Shown one piece after another: positions 51,349-62,846 of a stretch of DNA of 64,000 nt. Positions within the stretch are counted from its first letter, which is position 1, and the number at the start of each line of letters is the position of its first letter. The stretch is from Dimorphilus gyrociliatus. Lineage: Eukaryota; Animalia; Annelida. A program made the position numbers and the translations under genes. The notes under the pieces are model-generated. The model had not been told where the DNA came from. It did not search any database and saw only the letters and a program-made list of their open reading frames with translations. Location of the stretch: contig CAJFCJ010000036.1 in assembly GCA_904063045.1 (NCBI GenBank), positions 1 through 64,000 of the forward strand, read 5' to 3'.

Positions 51349-52257
51349 TTAAGTTTTACAGGTAATCCTTTTCATAATATTGCTATAAAGCTTCATAGTT
51401 CTTTGTCTTGTAGATAATTTTGTGTAGCCATGGACAACAGGATTTATTATTGCATTTGAGGCTACAATTACCGTAAGAAAGTCAAAAAGTATTCTCAAAT
51501 TATGTTCAGAGAGACCATATACTTTTTTCAATTGACTATAACTTGTAAGAGCTCCTGTAGTTGCAAAAGTCCATAATAGGCAATTAATTATTAATAAGCA
51601 GGCTAAAGTTCCAATATTGTTTCCTTCATATTCTATATTACTTGCATTTAATCTATCAGAAATTGCTTTTCTGTGCTTTCGTACTGCTCTTAGTATTGGA
51701 ATATATAATAGTAAACTGGTAATAGAGTTTGGAAAAACTGTGCTTAGTGACCAAAAGTACAGGTAAGAAGTAGGAAATACTCTGAAAAAATCACAAGTAA
51801 AGGTAGTATTCTGTTTGAAAATGACTTCATATTGGTTCCAGCCAAAAGTTGGTAGGAGGCAAATACCAATGCTAATTAACCATATAACAAAAAGTAGGAC
51901 ACAAGCACGCTTTCTTGTCCATATTTTGTAAAATTTTAAAGGTTTTATAACTGCCAGAAACTTTTCAAATGTAATTAAAGTCAATGTAAAAGCTGATACT
52001 GAAATTATTGTACAAACAGTTTGATTTAAAATTAAACAATTGTAATAATATTTTTCTTCTGTCTTAAGTACAAAGAAACATATGATGCAAATTGAGTATA
52101 AAACATCAGTAAACGTTAAAGCTGTTACTCCAAAACTATGTAATTGCCATAAATCTTTGTCAATTGTATGAATTAAAATTAAATTTCCATTCAATAATAG
52201 GCCAACAACTTGAATACAGCACGAAAAAAATAATATAGTTACTCTAGTATACACCAT
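51349..52257 (-). CDS. Intronless class A GPCR, atypical subfamily
   Basis: 302-aa ORF with LTFTD, ITFEKF, LPTFGWN and NAIINPVVHGY. Clear paralog of 17726 and 53384. Confidence 0.9.
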   Translation of the reverse strand: MVYTRVTILFFSCCIQVVGLLLNGNLILIHTIDKDLWQLHSFGVTALTFTDVLYSICIICFFVLKTEEKYYYNCLILNQTVCTIISVSAFTLTLITFEKFLAVIKPLKFYKIWTRKRACVLLFVIWLISIGICLLPTFGWNQYEVIFKQNTTFTCDFFRVFPTSYLYFWSLSTVFPNSITSLLLYIPILRAVRKHRKAISDRLNASNIEYEGNNIGTLACLLIINCLLWTFATTGALTSYSQLKKVYGLSEHNLRILFDFLTVIVASNAIINPVVHGYTKLSTRQRTMKLYSNIMKRITCKT

Positions 52258-52779
52258 CTTTCACCTCAAACATATTTTTAATGCAATGATACAAAATTAC
52301 TGAAGCATAAAATGCTAAACTCTACATATGACAAGAATAATTGATAATAATATCACCATGGCAACACTGCCTTCAAATGTTTATAAAAATAGGATAGATC
52401 AATATTTCCTATCTGGAATTTTTATTAAAAGTACTTAGATTACAAGTAATTTATCAAAAGCTAGATTATTCTAGATTATTCACAGAACAAGATAAAATTT
52501 TGAAATAGTTCAAAATAGATAGGCTTAAAGATAGATTGTAGATGCCATCATTAGTCAATTATTACTCAAATTTGTTGGTAGTAATATACCTATTGCAGAA
52601 ATTGTGTTAAATGTTACTTTGTAATGTTGGAATATTGAAATTGTAAAAAGTTTGTTTACTAATATTGTTTTTAGCAAACACTACAATTACAACTATTACA
52701 AATAAACTCTAATTTTATCAACTATTCGTTTATTAAAAATTAAAGTCCATTAGTCATGCAAGATAAATAAAGGTAAATC

Positions 52780-53110
52780 TATTTATTTAGAATGATAATC
52801 AGCAGGCCAAGCATTTTCCTCTTCCCTGTTGAATAGTCTTCTTGGTAGAATTTAGACTTTCTTAGTCTGCCCTGCAAAAATGAATTTTTTTTTGTATCTC
52901 TGTTTCTGAGATCTTTTTGGGGTGACCAGATCTGGGTCTGTCCCCCATCCATAAATATCCATAAATGTTCCACTTCTTTCTTTAGGTTGAACTGGACAGT
53001 ACTTTAGAGAACTTGTCTTAGCTCTCGTCTATCCAGTTCTACAATTTTCTCCCTCATTTCAAGGTTTATTTTCCCCATTGTAAAATATATTTTTAATAAT
53101 TAGCTGTTTT
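52780..53110 (-). mobile_element. Tc1-like transposase N-terminal relic
   Basis: MGKINLEMREKIVEL...DRPRSGHPKKISE is homologous to the 62530 copy (MVKISLEIREKIVDL...DKPRTGCPKKVSE). Contains stops and frameshifts. Confidence 0.7.
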
Positions 53111-53383
53111 AGGGTTTCAATATGATTGATATATAACTTCTTGGCACATCCATGAAGTTTCTAGATAACAGTTGCTTTTACCATGCCTTATCAGCTAACT
53201 TCCCTTAGATATGAAAATCAGTTTGTCTACAACTGATAGGGTCAAAACTTTACTTTTTATCCTATTAGTGACATTTATTTGTAATGTAATATTCTTTTTG
53301 TATTTATTTCTCTGTAGTATATTAAATAATGAACTAAAGGTGAAAGTGTTTTAGACTTGTTAAGACAATTAATTACAGATATT

Positions 53384-54292
53384 TTATTTACCAATAATCC
53401 TTTTGAAGAGGTTAGTATAAAATTTCTTTGTTTGATGTCTTATAGATGATTTTGTATAGCCATGAATAAGAGGATTAATTGTTGAATTTGAAAGAAAAAT
53501 TACTGTAAGTATAGAAGAAAGAAAAGCATAGTCGGATTGGGATAAAATATTTTCAGTAGCTATTCTACTATTATTTACAACAGTCATTGAAGTTAATAGA
53601 ATCCATAAGATGGCATTAAACACTAATAGACAAGTTAAAGCAGTTATACTACTCCCTTTCGATTGTGAATTATTGACATTTGATACAACAGATATCGCTT
53701 TTTTGTGCTTCCATACTGCTCTTAGAATAGGTATATATAATAATATACTACCTATTGTATTTGGCGAAATAGTGCTAAATGTCCAAAAGTATAGAAATGA
53801 AGAAGGAAGTATATCCAATGCGTTGCATATTAAAGTTAAATTATCTTTACTAACATTATGGTAACTATTCCAACCGACAATTGGAAGAAAACAAATGATA
53901 AAATTAAATGAATATATAGAAACAAGTAAGATAACTGCTCTTCTTGATGTCCATATTCTATGGAAAGTTAAAGGTTTTATAACAGCCATAAATTTTTCAA
54001 ATGTAATAAGTGTTAATGTAAAAGATGATACTCCAACAATAAAAAAAACACTCTGAAATATGCAAAGACAAGTGTAAAAGCTTCTTTCTGTAACAATAAG
54101 ATGAAAATAGCTTAAAATTGATATTGAGTATAGAACATCAGTAAAACTTAATGCAGTTACACCGAAATTCTCCAATTTCGAAACATCTTTATTGATTGTA
54201 CGAATGATTATTAAATTTGTATTCAAAATTAATCCCAAAATTTGATTGCAAGTCATAAAAGTTAATACAAAGACTCTATAGAAATAATCCAT
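53384..54292 (-). CDS. Intronless class A GPCR, atypical subfamily
   Basis: Probable start MDYFYRVF at 54292, within ORF 53384-54358. Motifs LSFTD, ITFEKF, LPIVGWN, NSTINPLIHGY. Confidence 0.9.
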   Translation of the reverse strand: MDYFYRVFVLTFMTCNQILGLILNTNLIIIRTINKDVSKLENFGVTALSFTDVLYSISILSYFHLIVTERSFYTCLCIFQSVFFIVGVSSFTLTLITFEKFMAVIKPLTFHRIWTSRRAVILLVSIYSFNFIICFLPIVGWNSYHNVSKDNLTLICNALDILPSSFLYFWTFSTISPNTIGSILLYIPILRAVWKHKKAISVVSNVNNSQSKGSSITALTCLLVFNAILWILLTSMTVVNNSRIATENILSQSDYAFLSSILTVIFLSNSTINPLIHGYTKSSIRHQTKKFYTNLFKRIIGK

Positions 54293-55485
54293 AAGAGTAG
54301 AAGATTTTTCTTCTCTTTTCCTTCTATAATCAGATAAAATATAATAATTTACAAACATGCTTCTTTCCTATAAATATATACAATGAATCTAGACCTTAAA
54401 TTATTCAACTATTATCACAATTTTATATTCACCTCTTTTATCTTTGTCTGATTCTTATATATTCAATTATTTATTAACAATATGTACTCTCCTTTGAAGA
54501 GATAAAATGGCAAGAAACAAGGAAGGCAATAATTTCTAACTATGTCCGCATTTTCTGTTATTAAATCAATCTGATAATCCACTAGAAGATTCTGTTTTCT
54601 TGCTTGGCTATTTGCTCAGTATTGCTATAGATTGCGTCATAGTTTAAACTGTAAAATATTATGAATTTGTTGTCGAGTTTCTCCTATTTTGTGTGAATAA
54701 GAGTGCTATCATTTTAGTTGAAAAAACTGGGTTAGGGATTATTTTTATAGAGTTTAACCCTAACCCTCTTAATAATTTTAGTAGTCACACTACCAAAACT
54801 GTTGGTAGTAGTACATTCATTATAATTATCTGTTTGGAAACAACCACAAAAATATCTGGGAAAAAAAAGATATTCAAGATTGAGAAAAATTAGATTTACA
54901 GTATGCACAGTTGGAAGACAATAGTGAAGTATACAGATTTGGGAATTCCGAATTTACGCAGTGTTCAGCATGCGGAAACAGAGTTGAACAGAACGTAATA
55001 TCTGGAATGCGGACAGTTAGAGACTATGACCTTGGTAGGAAGCAAGTTTTGCATGAATGATCAATTATAATCCTATTGGAATGACCGATAAGGATAAAGC
55101 CTATGATTTATAGTAAATCTATAAAGATATTGACAGTCAAATAAATAACTACTTGCTAACTTAACAGAGATGTTCCGGTCGCTGAACTTGAAAACAAAAA
55201 GAATTGATTTATCTACAATTGTATGTTGATAATTGATATGTTATCATTTTAGTGATAACAAAGGCATATATATGTATACATGAGAAATAGAGTAAAGTAT
55301 TTTATATCGTTTAAAAGTGCTCAACATGTAGGATAACCTTTAGCCTAATATAATTAGAACATTCCAGATAAGAATTATATTTGAATGCGTGTATTTTTCA
55401 TCTTGAATTACTAATAAACCGATTTACATTTAATAACACTAATGCTATTTTTCCTAAATTCATTACATGTCAATTATTGGTAGTT

Positions 55486-56381
55486 TTAAATTGCCTTCTC
55501 CATCTTGAAACTGGTCTGTTTGACAAGGAAATAATGTTATTTAGTGGAGAAAGGGTAAGGAGAAGGAAATATAATCACTTACCTTACTACCAAATGTTAG
55601 GTACTTTAAACCATGGAGTAGATGTGTTGTGACATACCCTTCACTTTCGTACAGTTTAACGGCTATTGGATTCGTTTCATGAACGACCAAAGATATTTTC
55701 TAAAGAATGGAAATTATTATTGTTCTTTTTTTTTAAATTGACTTATACTTTAGAGTTTCTCTGCTTAGCCATGCATTCAGCATATCTAAGAAGATTTCTC
55801 GCTATTCCTTGCTTTTTATAATTGTCGTGAACGGTAAGATATTCCACCACCTGTTCATCCTTAACAATCTGACTATTCACTTCGTCAAATGATAATATAG
55901 TCGTGATCATCCTAAAAGCTGTTCTGATTGATAGTGTTTTTAGTGTCTCTGAAAGTGATAGAGTTTTTTCCAATCTTGAAGAGAAAGAGAGGACAAATGA
56001 GATAAAATTTAATTTGAATTTTCAAAAATTATTATCTTACTTGTTCGAATCCCGTAATTTACAAATTCCAGCAATTTCTTTATTTTCTTTATTAACAGCA
56101 ACAATCACATCCTTTGTGTTATCTTCATCATGTTTGAGAGATTTCTCAAAAAACTGCTCAAGACTGGGAAATTCTTTCTTATCGCAAAAGTATGAAAAAT
56201 CATGTGAAAAACCATGAACTATGACTTTTGCAGCTTCACCTTCTTCACCCTTTTCCATACATCTAAAATGTATTTTTTTCATTTGGGGAAATTTGATATC
56301 ATCCTTCCCATCATTCTTGGCCTTGTTAACCACCGTTTCAATCCTTTTAATAGTGTAAAATGCTCCAACAATAATATTCAT
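55486..56381 (-). CDS. GNAT-family N-acetyltransferase, 4 exons
   Basis: Motif A (VEYLTVHDNYKKQGIARNLL), motif B (VHETNPIAVKLYESEGY) and terminal TSFKMEKAI*, joined by GT-AG introns. Confidence 0.85.
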
Positions 56382-56941
56382 TGTATATTGAACTTGGTAG
56401 ATACTTTATAAACTAGATGTATTACCTGTACAATAAAGTTTATTTGAATTTTAATAGAAGCAATATCACTTTATATCTCTCTTTTATCACTCTTGATCGC
56501 TAAGCTAATCCATTTAGGCATAAAGTATAATATTTTGCAATATAATATTAATCAGATATGCCTCTTCTTTATATATTTCTTTAAATACTAAAACTTTAAC
56601 CTTTACATTGTCCACATTGTAATCTTGTAGCATATGGTAGACAGAAGAGAAAATTTTATAGGCTATGCAATGATATTATCTATCCAGTTAAATCAGGCTA
56701 TGGGAGAAAATATCCTAATATATCCCTAATCCACAATTTAACAAGATTCTTTCAATTATGTTCTTACTAATCTTCAATTCAATCCTATATTCTTACCATT
56801 AAGTGATCTTTATTCACTAACAAAAAAGAATCTTAGCTTTTGAAACTATTTTATTCATCAATTTCAAATTAATTTTATTCCTAAGTGCAGTTTATTACCA
56901 TAATTACAATATACTCATTTTAATCAAAAACAGACTAACTT

Positions 56942-59900
56942 TCAATGTATATTGCAATCTTGTAAAAATCTATCATGACTTTTTTGCAAAATATAAAAGT
57001 AATTTGTACTTTCTTCAGTTAAAGATGTTTTTATATTTGATAAAACATCAAATTTACTAAATGAACAATTTCTTTCATTATCAGAATATGTTAAACTTTC
57101 ACATTCTTCTTGTTTGAGACAAAATAAATAACACTTCAGAATGTTTATATTACTAATTGTAAAATACGTATAACGTGATCTTATAAATCTTCTGCTATAT
57201 TCTAATCTGAAATTATCTTTTCAAATTTAAAAAAAAGAATATTAATTTTGGTATTTTTGTCAATATTCACCTTTAAATAGAATAATTTAATAATTACCTT
57301 TTAAATTCACTATCTCCTTTCCTATTACAAAATAGTTACAGATATGATGTAATTGATTTTGGAAGTTAATTCTCAAATATTTAGCAACTATTTCCTCAGT
57401 GCAGGAAAATGAAAATATAGTTGGATGAACAACTCTCAAAATCTGATTGATTTGAGTACAAAGTACTTCTGTTTCAAGGTATATACCAGAAATATTGAAA
57501 TTTAATAAATAATTTTCTGATTTTGATAGAGTAAATCCAACAGCATTAAATTTAAGATAAACTGGTAATTGGATATAAATATCTGATGTAGAATAATCGC
57601 AAATTGAATTAGGATACATTTCTAAAGTGTTTGTTGAATATGCAATTGTTCCATTAAATAAAGCATACGAATCTAAAAGACAATTTTTAGACTTAAAAAC
57701 ATCGAATAATTAAGAAAAATAGAAAAGTACATACTGTTTAAACTGGGAGATTCAATTTTACCCAAAATGTATACTTCACAAATGCTTATACCTGTGTTCA
57801 CACCACTCTGATATAATGATACTCTATCACCAATAAATTTACAACTGTATGGTATTACTTCATTTTCTATTGGATATTTAAGTAAGCAAATATGTCTTTG
57901 TAGCTGAAAATGCTGACTCTCAACTGCTACTTGAATACTTTGAAAATGATCTGTGGAGAGAAAGAATGTGAAGAGAGAATTAGAGAGGAAGAAAGAGATT
58001 GACACCTTTAACTAAAGGAAATGGAGCGAGTAGAATAACTTCCTCCATCAAATAATAGTCATCCAGATAAATGGTAATTCTCCCTTCAAGGTTGCTGTCG
58101 ATAAAAATTCCAGAACAAGATGAAAACTCTTCTCCTCCATGTTTGTTAAGTGCTAACTTATCAATTATTTTTACAGGGAATTGGTCTGCCGGATCTTCAT
58201 CAGAAAAAAATGAAGTGTGGAAATTTCTATCACTTTTAACCAATGGTAAAAGATGAAAGTCAAAATTATTTATTTCTTCACCATATGCTTCAAGTTCTCT
58301 AAGATTAATAATTTCTTCATCTGCCTGAAGATAGATAGTAATAAATCGTCCAATTGGATTGGGTTGTTGACATTTCCACATTCTATATTCCCCGCTTAAA
58401 AAGGTTTCAATATTAGTAAAACATAATTGAGAATATAAATCGTGTTCTTCAATATTAAATCGACTTTGATTTGTTGTAAAACCTCGAATGTATCTTGCTC
58501 TTTGATGAACTAAAAGAAAGTGAAAAAAAATTCAATAATTTTGAAAAAATGATCAAGAAAATTTTGTTTACATTCTTCATCTCTGTTTAAGATAGCCATT
58601 GAAAAAATTTGAAATATTCCAAGTAAATCTACTCTTGCCCAAGACTTTCTCTCCTTTGTAGTATGAAAAAGATCATTATATTTTCCATTAGTTAATCTGT
58701 AGCCAGTGTATAAATAACTTATATGATTAGAGGATGGCCATACTGGTTTGTTTAATAGTATATTATTGTTTTTCGGATCGGAAGGTTTTATATAATGTCC
58801 AAATATTTCAATTTCTTTAACAAATATAGTTTTATATGGACTATGAATACTACGAAATACAACAAATTGACCTTCGACACCTCTCTTTGTGCATAGTATT
58901 GAGTAAAACTCATTGGTGAGTGTTGGAATATCATTTATTCTGGCACATAGCTGATATTCTGAAGAATTATATTCCAAAGATGGATTTTCATTTGTTATTT
59001 CAATATAAACATTTTGTAATTTTGCTACATGTTTTTTGACGCATCTAAAATCTACACCAAAGACATTAAAATACCCTAAAAGGTTAATTGCAACCCAATA
59101 AGTAGTGCTTCCAACATATAAATGTGCAGCTTTAGAAGTATGTCTATTTGTTACTCTTTCTAGCCAATTTTTTGAAAATTTTGATATGGTTGGTTTAAAA
59201 AAGGCAATATTTTCTATATAAAATAAAGAATAAAAGGATATATGAAGAAAAGATAAATAGAATCATTTACCACTAAATACTTCTATTTCACATAGATGGA
59301 TGGAGCTGAGTAGTTTTGATTCAACTGATATTTTATTGCTTCTTTCATACTTCTGTTGTTTACAATAAATTTCAACTTTTGAACTATTTATTATTTGAAT
59401 ATTATCAGAGCAAATATTAGTTTTTGTTGATGTGTAGATTTTCAATAGTTGATTCACTAAAATATTTAAGGGATAATAAGAAAATTATTTCTTTATATTG
59501 GTCTTTTTCTTATTCTTTTCTACCTTTTTCATTTGTTGGCCATAAAATGACTTTCTTTATAATATTATATGATATAAATGAAATTTGGAGTTCGGGCTTT
59601 AAAGAATCTATAGGTTTTAATATTAAGCAGGAGCCTAATGAAATATCATTATGATGCAATCCATCTACTACATGGCTTGTATGGAGTAATGGACTGTCAA
59701 ATGTTCCTGTAGACGTAACAGGCCTATTAAATGCTATGTTCTGGTTATTGACTGCATTTTCAAAGCAAATTTGCCTATAAAATTCCGATTGTGAGTTTTT
59801 CTTAATTTTCGACTCAGCCAACATAAACATTTCTGAAGTGTAATTCTTAAACTCTGAAATAGTCAATGTTTCCTGATTGGAGGTAGGCTTAAAATTATCT

Positions 59901-60460
59901 GTGGAACAGCCGCCATCTATCCAAATAAAGGTATAACATTGTTGCAAAGGTGGTGGTACGTTTAAATCTGTCCCGCAAACTCCAAATTCTTTATCTGTTT
60001 TCAAGTAAATATATCTTTTTAATAGGGAAATGAACCATTTTTTCCCTACCTTTATGAATAATTAAAAATGAATGCTCCTTTTCCTCCAATGGGTAGGATA
60101 TTTCACTATAAAGTTGACATTGAAAATCAGATTGAGATAAGACAGTAATATTATTGTACGAAATTCCAACGCAGTCGTATTGTTTTGCAGCTAAACAATA
60201 CTGGTAGCATTGCTCAATTGAAGTAACTGAAATATTTTCTCTGCCAAAGTCTTTAGTCTCTTTATTACTTATTAAAATTAAATTATGACCTATTTTTTGA
60301 CAGATAAATGATAAATATTTTATTAAAAAAATAAGCTATGTTATTCTTACTATTTTCACAAATTCCTTTTCCATACTTTGAATCACATAAGCATCCATTT
60401 GGTGTACAATTCTCCAAATTTGAACAATCTCCATCATTTAAGCATATTATATCTTAAATT
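56942..60460 (-). CDS. Multidomain extracellular protein F, paralog of E (EGF-like, PAN, Cys module, ~5 F-type-lectin-like domains, PAN); 5' end unresolved
   Basis: Exon-by-exon similarity to E: CLNDGDCSNLENC...ICEN, VPPPLQQCYTFIWIDGGC, NILLNKPVWPS, WKCQQPNPIGRFI, and terminal PAN (KCYLFCLKQEECESLTY) ending ...DCNIH*. Confidence 0.75.
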
Positions 60461-61067
60461 TACAATTTTAATAAATTTTCACTATGTCAATTGGTTTTTT
60501 TATTACAATTTTTAATATGAAATTAATTTGCTAACCTGCTGTTGTTTTTGTTATAAATATAAAAACAGAGGTCATCAGAATCACTAAATCTATCATAGTC
60601 CAAAAGGCAACTTTTTGCATATTGTTCAAGTGAGGTAGTACTCTGTGCTATTCTACAGAATCTATCATAATTGACAGACAAAGGAAAATGTACGCTTAAT
60701 ATATTAACTAAGGCTATTAATTATTCAATAGAGTATCATTTACAATGCAACTTCTAAAAAGTTTATATTTGGGGAATCGCCTAGATAATTCGACACTCAA
60801 AAAAGCACAAACTAACAAAAACAAAAGATAAGGATTTTGTGATAATTTTCTATAGAAACAGAAATAATTTATGAAGTGTTAATTTGAAATTTTTGTATTT
60901 AAGCTATTGAACAGCAAAAGTTGAATAGCATAATATTATCTTGTTGCTGTTCTACCCTCTTTACCTTGCTAAATTATACATTTGAAAGTAATAGATAAAT
61001 AATCAGGAAGAGTGTAGTGAATGGAGATAGGTAAAAGATTGATTACACCACAGTAAATCAATGATGA

Positions 61068-61110
61068 GTAGTCTAGAGGGTTGGCACAACAGAATCAACA
61101 AAAAATTATT
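61068..61110 (+). mobile_element. Short MULE transposase C-terminal relic
   Basis: SSLEGWHNRINKK, the same motif as at 42780-42880. Confidence 0.45.
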
Positions 61111-61299
61111 TAGGATTGAGTACTGGGACATATGTTAATGGTATAAATCATAGAGTAACTAGTCAATTTCTCGGGTCGCAGGAAGTGGTGAAACTGAGGT
61201 ATTTTATCATGTACGTTTGACTAAAGGCCTTCTTTAGAATACCATACAAAATTTTCATAACCATCAAAAAAGGTTAAGGTTGGTAAGTTTGCAGACAAA

Positions 61300-61930
61300 G
61301 TAAGCCATGTATTTTTTACGATAGCATATGACTCATTCATTTAAAATTTCATGATTCATAAATCAGATCAAATTCAAAAATTTATAACCGTATTCTAAAG
61401 ACGTTAAAGCAAGGAATCAATAGATTTTACTGTATCACAATACCAGATCAAATACCAGTCTCCAAACCTTCCAAAATTAACTTAGATAGTATTGTCTTAT
61501 TCAGCCTAAAGCCAAGATTTTGATCTATTATCTTTTCTGGAAATAAAGAATCATCTTCATTGACCCAAAAAGTCCATTACACTATCTGTTTCGTCAGAAT
61601 GAATATTAGCAATTATAACATCCAAATGTTGCTCAACAATGGAATTTAGTATATTCTTTACTATAAATTCTTTAATCTAAAAGCGATGGTTACGCCTAAA
61701 TTTAGAGGAAGATAGGCTGAATCATTTTTTTATAGTAATAGAAATTTTTCCACTTTTTCTTGCAGTTTTGAAAGATTGAGGATTCCACTGAATAACGTTC
61801 TTATTCTACCAAACAATCTCATCTAGTTTGATCTGAAGGAGCTGTTCATCAATACCTAATTCCACCAAAAGCATATTTAAAAGTAAGATGATTAGACTAA
61901 ACTGATCAAATCTAGTCTTTCTAATTAGTT
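61300..61930 (-). mobile_element. Heavily degraded non-LTR reverse-transcriptase relic
   Basis: Scattered RT-like words in the expected order (PQSFKTA, KNDS..P.KFR, QNLGFR) with many stops. Confidence 0.4.
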
Positions 61931-62189
61931 TACCTAATTTTCTTTTGATTGTTTATTGTATTTAGAAGGCAGATGCTTTATAATATCAATAAGAGAGGGA
62001 ATGGAGCTACTCTCCTCTCGTTTAACCTAATTTAATTCAAATACAACTTATCAACTTTTTGTTAGATACAATAGAAAATCATTTAAATTGATTTAATTCA
62101 AAAATATTACTACTAGTTCTACTGCTGATGTATGTGAAAACATGATGGCAAACTATATGAATTTTTTGGTTTGTCATTTCAATTCCAAT

Positions 62190-62846
62190 TACAGTAAGAA
62201 AGATAGAATAATAATAACAATAAAAGTAAAACTGGAATTACAGGAATTGCCTGGAATGCTCCATTCACTGTATGTTTGTCTTGCAGAATAGAATGGGTTT
62301 TTTTGTATAATTACAAGATTCCTCTCATCTGATTCAGATACCTTTTTGGGACAACCAGTTCTAGGTTTGTCTTCCATGGAAGAACATTCCATTGCCTTCT
62401 TCAGGTTGTACCATACATACAGTACTATAGGCAATTTGAAACTGCTTCGATATTTTTACATCGCTTAGCCCTCTTTTACTTAAGTCAACAATTTTCTCCC
62501 TGATTTCAAGGCTTATCTTCACCATTTTATAACATTCTTCAAATTTTATGTTCTCTGATTGTGTAACACTTCTGAGTAAATGTCATAAAAAATTGTATTT
62601 GGGTTTCTGTCTGATTATTATCTATTTTTTTGATAGAAACAGGGAACATAGCAGGAACTTACTATCCTTCATTTTGTTGAAAACTTTTAAGTAAAGATTA
62701 CTGTGGAGTTAGAAAAATTTTGTAACAAGTTTTATCTATAAATTCGGTTGTATAAAGATCTTATCATTTAGTCTAAACAAAAAGATTTAATTAAGTATGT
62801 CCTGTTAGTTAAATATTCACTTTTTCCAATCTAAGAACAACCTCTG
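62190..62846 (-). mobile_element. Tc1-family left end: long TIR plus frameshifted transposase N-terminus, TA target site
   Basis: Minus strand starts TA-CAGAGGTTGTTCTTAG (TA at 62847-62848). ~195 bp match the 6535-6729 TIR. The HTH reads MVKISLEIREKIVDLSKRGLSDVKISKQFQIAYSTV, then DKPRTGCPKKVSE. Confidence 0.85.

Noticed and set aside
53610-53864. Antisense ORFs over real genes (also 36584-36958, 55903-56217, 39990-40301, 16369-16635, 14599-14892, 6213-6485)
   Set aside because: They are shadows of opposite-strand coding or transposon sequence, with no motifs of their own.
54930-55060. Possible retroelement C-terminal relic (DLGIPNL...ECGQLET)
   Set aside because: Too short and degraded to support.
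60350-60375. Suspected frameshift in the EGF-like exon of gene F
   Set aside because: Re-reading gives GGA ATT TGT GAA AAT, which is intact.
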